Assembly (NCBI GenBank): GCA_030390025.1
Contig: CM059432.1
Location: 55,862,001-55,926,000 of the forward strand
Source of the DNA: Squalus acanthias
Taxonomy: Eukaryota
Direction of reading: 5' to 3'
DNA: 64,000 nt
Shown one piece after another: positions 59,440 to 64,000 of this stretch. The notes beneath the pieces were generated by a model, which was given only the letters and a program-made list of their open reading frames with translations, searched no databases and was not told where the DNA came from. How positions within the stretch are numbered: position 1 is the first letter of the stretch; each line of letters begins with the position of its first letter. The position numbers and the translations under genes were made by a program.

Positions 59440-62400
59440 TTAAACGGAGTGCTTCTAAACAGTATTAAAGTTGGGAATTTGGAGAGAGTGAGAATTCGGA
59501 GCAGGGAGGAAGGAGGTGCTGCTTTTTGCTTCTAATACTTGTAGTGCTTCTTGTTGCTGGTAAATATTTAAGTTGATCTACCTATACCTTAACTTAAACT
59601 AGATCTAGTAATTAGTTAAAAACTAAAGTATAAGCTAAATTAATTAAATACCTAAACTTTAATCAATTAACTAAAACAAGGTTATATCGGGATGGCAGTG
59701 CAGGTGGTGTGCCACAACTGCAGCATGTGGGAGTTTGTGGAGAGCATTGCGATCTGCAGTAAGTGTCTGCATCTCAAGTAACTTCAGCTCAGAGTTGTTG
59801 AGCTGGAGTCCGAGGTGCAGACATTGCGGGGCATCAAGTAGGGGGGGGAAGATTTATCCGGACGCGTTGATCCAGGCGACAGTCGCACCCCTTCGGTTAG
59901 GTAGTGTTACAGGTCTGGTTAGTGATCAAGGAAAGGAGCGTTTGACTGCGACTCAGGCAGGTAAGGGGACCACAGGTGCAGTGCTGGAGGAGCCTCGGCC
60001 TTTGCCCTTATCTAACAGGTATGAGGTTCTTGCCGTCATCCAAACAGGCAGCAAAGTCTGCAGGGTGGATGAGCAAAATGACCATGGCACCGTGGTACAG
60101 GAGGCCATTCAAGTGGGGGGAGTGAAAAGGAATGTTGTAGTAGTAGGGTACAGTATAGTCAGGGGGCTAGATACTATTCTCTGCAGCCGGGACCGGGAGT
60201 TCCGAAGGCTGTGTTGCCTGCCCGGTGCCAGGGTTAAGGATATCTCCTCGCGGCTGGAGAAGAATCTGGAGTGGGAGGGGGAGGATCCTGTTGTCGTGGT
60301 CCACATAGGAGCCAACGACATAAAACTAGGAATAAGGTTCTGCTGAGCGAGTTTGAGGATCTAGGGTCCAAATTAAAAAAACAGAACCTCAAAGGTAATA
60401 ATCTCTGGATTGTTACCCGAGCCACGCGCAAATTGGCATAGGGACAAGCAGATCAGAGAGTTAAATGTGTGGCTCAAAGAATGGTGTGGGAGGAAGGGGG
60501 TTTCGATTCATGGGGCACTGGCACCAGTACTGGGGAAAGAGGGATCTGTTCCGTTGGGACTGGCTCCACTTAAAATGGGCTGGGATTGGTTTTAAACTGA
60601 AAAGGTGGGGGGGGGGGGCGGGGAATTTAGAAATCTAAAGAGAAAAGTCAAGGCAATGGAGCAGTGTAGCGATTTGGGTAAAGATGAGCAGAATGTGACG
60701 GGAAGGGACAGAGTTTAACGGTGGTAGTGCATCAGCGAATAAGATAAAAAGTTAAAATTAAAGGCTCTTTATCTGAATGCCCAAAGTATTCGTAACAAGA
60801 TAGATGAATTAATGGCAGAGATAAATGACATTGATCTAATAGCCATTACAGAGACGTGGTTGCAAGGTGACCAAGGTTAGAATTAAATATTCCAGGGTAC
60901 TTGACGTTTTGAAAAGACAGGCAGACTGTTAAAGGAGGTGGGGTAGCCCTAATAATACAGGATGGCATAAGGACAGTAGTGAGAAAGGATCTTGGCTCAG
61001 AAAGATCAGGAAGTAGAATCAGTATGGGTGGAGATAAGAAATAACAAGGGACAGAAAACACTGGTGGAAGTAGTTTATAGGCTCCCAAACAGTAGCTATA
61101 CCATTGGAAAGAGTATTAATCAACAAATAATACACTAATCGTGGGGGACTTTAATCTTCATATAGACTGGGCAAATCAAATTAACAAAGGTAGTCTGGGG
61201 GATGAGTTCATGGAATGCATTCGAGACAGTTTCCTAGAACAATACGTAATGGAACCAACCAGGGAACAGACTATTTTAGATCTTGTATTGCGTAATGAGA
61301 CGGGGTTAATTAGTAATCTTATAGTAAAGGATCCTCTGGGGAAGAGTGAACATAATATGATAGAATTTCATATTGACTTTGAGACTGAAATACTTAAGTC
61401 CGACACTAGAATCTTAAACTTAAATAAAGCCAATTACAGAGGTATGAGAGGCGAGTTGGCTAAGGTAGATTGGGAAATTAAATTAAAATGTATGACGGTA
61501 GATAAGCAGTGGCAAACATTTAAAGAAATATTCTAAAATTCTCCACGAATATACATTCCATTCAGAAATAAAAATTCCATGGGAAAAGTGATCCATCCGT
61601 GGCTAACTAAAGAAGTTAAGGATAGTATTAGGTTAAAAGAAGAGGCTTATAATGTTGCGAAGAATAGTAAGAAGCCTGAGGATTGGGAGAGTTTCAAAAA
61701 CCAGCAAAGGATGACCAAAAAATTGATAAAAAGGGAGAAAATACAATATGAGAAATATGAAACCAGATTGCAAGAGCTTCTACAAGTATGTAAAAAGGAA
61801 GAGAGTAGCAAAAGTAAGCGTTGGTCCCCTTAGAGGCTGAGACAGGAGAAATTATAATGGGGAATAAGGAAATGGCAGAGACTTTAAACAAATATTTTGT
61901 ATCTGTCTTCACAGTAGAAGACACAAAAAGCATACCAAAAATAGTGGGGAACGAAGGGGCTAATGAGAGTGAGGAACTTAAAGTAATTAATATCAGTAGA
62001 GGAAAAAGTACTTGAGAAACTAATGGGGCTAATAGCCGACAAATCCCCTGGACCTGATGGCCTACATCCTAGGGTTCTAAAAGAGGTGGCTGCAGAGATA
62101 GTGGATGCATTGATTGTAATCTTCCAAAATTCCCTAGATTCTAGAATGGTCCCAGCGGATTGGAAGGTAGCAAATGTAATCCTGCTATTCAAGAAAGGAG
62201 GGAGAGAGAAAACAGGGAGCTTACAGGCCAGTTAGCCTGACATCAGTCATCGGGAATAGGCTGCAGCCCATTATTAAGGAAGTGGTAACAGGACACTTAA
62301 AAAATCATAATATGATTAGGCAGAGACAACATGGTTTTATGAAAGGGAAACCGTGTTTAACAAATTTATTAGAGTTTTTGAGGATGTAACTAGCAGGGTA

Positions 62401-62885
62401 GATAAAGGGGAATCAGTGGACTTGGTAAATTTGGATTTCCAAAAGGCATTCAATAAGGTGCCACATAAAAGGTTGTTATGCAAGATAAGGGCTCATGGGG
62501 TTGGGGTAATATATTAGCATCGATAGAAGATTGGTTAACGGACAGAAAACCGAGAGTAGGGATAAACTGGTCATTTTCCCATTGGCAGGCTGTAACTAAT
62601 GGGGTGCCGCAAGGATCAGTGCTTGGGCCTCAGCTATTTACAATTTATATTAATAACTTAGCTGAAGGGACCGAGTGCAATGTATCCAAGTTTGCTGACG
62701 ATACAAAGCTAGGTGGGAAAGTAAGTTGTGAGGAGGACACAATGAGCCTGCAAATGGATATAAACAGGTTAAGTGAGTGGACAATAAGGTGGCAGATGGA
62801 GTATAATATGGGGAAATGTTATTCACTTTGATAGGAAGAATAGAAAAACGGAATATTTTGTTACTCCTGCTCCTAATACTTAGTT
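59440..62885 (+). mobile_element. Near full-length decayed CR1 (ORF1 esterase, EN, RT), lacking most of the 3' ~0.6 kb
   Basis: ORF1 start MAVQVVCHNCSMWE at 59691, then LSNRYEVL, CLPGARVKDI, LNAQSIRNK, GDFNLHIDW, KSPGPDGLHPRVLKE and KFADDTK. Confidence 0.9.
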
Positions 62886-63019
62886 CTTATGTGCCTCATC
62901 GCTTTGTTCATCTACACACACTCCTCCCTGCCCTCATGTAGACTGTTTTTATCTCCCACTCTTAGATGCAAAGTATGCACTTTGGAATTACAATCATTCT
63001 ACCCAGTCGCTTAATATAT

Positions 63020-63660
63020 TTGTACTTTTGCGCTCTTCTAAACCGTTTCCTAGCTTAGTGTAATTTGCACATTTCTATATAGTTCTCCCTATTCCCAGGC
63101 CATTGATATAAAAAATGAATGGCTGGTACCCCAGCACAGCTCTCCGCGGGTAACCATTTGTTATTGTGCGAATCTAAATGAGTCTTTTATCGCAACAGCG
63201 GCCTCCTTCCTTCCACTCCTCAACAATTCTGTTTTCCATACCATAACATTTCCTCCAATTCCACATACCTCAATTCTGTCTAGAAATGTCCTGTGTGGAA
63301 TCTTACCAAATGCATTTGGAAAATATATGTATATGACCTGCATTGAGCCTACTACCTCAGTGACTATCACAGAGCACTGTTCAATAAGTTAGATGTGAGC
63401 TACCTTCCACAAAACCAAGCTGATTCTCCCTATTTGTATACTTTTCTTCAAGTGCTCACTGGCTCTGTTCTTGATGTATTTTAGAATTTTTCCCCTTGCT
63501 GCTGTTAAACCGACTGACCTGTAATTAACATAGTTTGTCCATTCCTTGCTTTTCGATGAATGGTGTAACATTTTCTACATTCCAATCCTGCTGTTTTATC
63601 CTCCAATTCAGTGAGCTTTGGAAAATTATAACTAATGCATCCTCAGTTTCTTCTCTTTAG
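63020..63660 (-). mobile_element. Old CR1 RT fragment
   Basis: ORFs 63389..63571 (NYRSVGLT) and 63161..63370 (FPNAFGKIPH). Confidence 0.7.
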
Positions 63661-64000
63661 TTTAATATTCTGCAATATTGTGAATTCATGAGGCCGGTCT
63701 CAACTGGAGAGAAAAAGGTGCATTTCAACCAGTTTGCTCTACTGAGAAAACTGACAGCACTGATTGATTTTCTTTTAAATGATCTAACATGCCCACCATC
63801 AGGTCAGTTGTCTCTACCGGTGGGTTTTTCAGAAGTGTGCATTTTCATTAATGGTGTTCACCCCACATATTTGTAGCTCTGTGAGGGAGAGATCAGTTAA
63901 AGGGTTGAACTCCATAGGCCGGATAAAATTGGGCAGCAGGCCAGTTCTGGCCTGCCAACTGGGGATTGAATGCCCTGCTTTATGGGCTGAGATAGCCCTC

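Overview
Repeat-dense vertebrate intronic DNA, most likely from a shark or other cartilaginous fish (inferred from the CR1/L2/DeuSINE/Penelope repeat spectrum). The only intact host coding sequence I can support is one 82-nt exon (47728-47809, +) encoding [27 protein letters not shown], which matches ROCK1 coding exon 2. The rest therefore appears to be ROCK1 intron 1 (>47 kb) and intron 2 (>16 kb). These introns hold nested CR1 LINEs (three near full length), L2 LINEs, a Zenon-like LINE family, DeuSINEs, PIF/Harbinger MITEs plus a Harbinger Myb-gene remnant, a hAT element, Tigger/pogo fossils and MITEs, two minisatellites and a 673-bp assembly gap. The most notable observations are: Penelope-type minimal hammerhead ribozyme motifs in tiny TSD-flanked insertions; an orphan decayed GTPBP2 exon that keeps its splice donor; Harbinger MITEs whose internal palindromes show compensatory changes; and a tRNA-headed, ORF1-less LINE together with a SINE made of its two ends. 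I found no evidence for a new protein-coding system. Nearly all long ORFs are transposon-derived or their antisense frames. Family names come from recalled motifs, not database searches, and many repeat boundaries are approximate.
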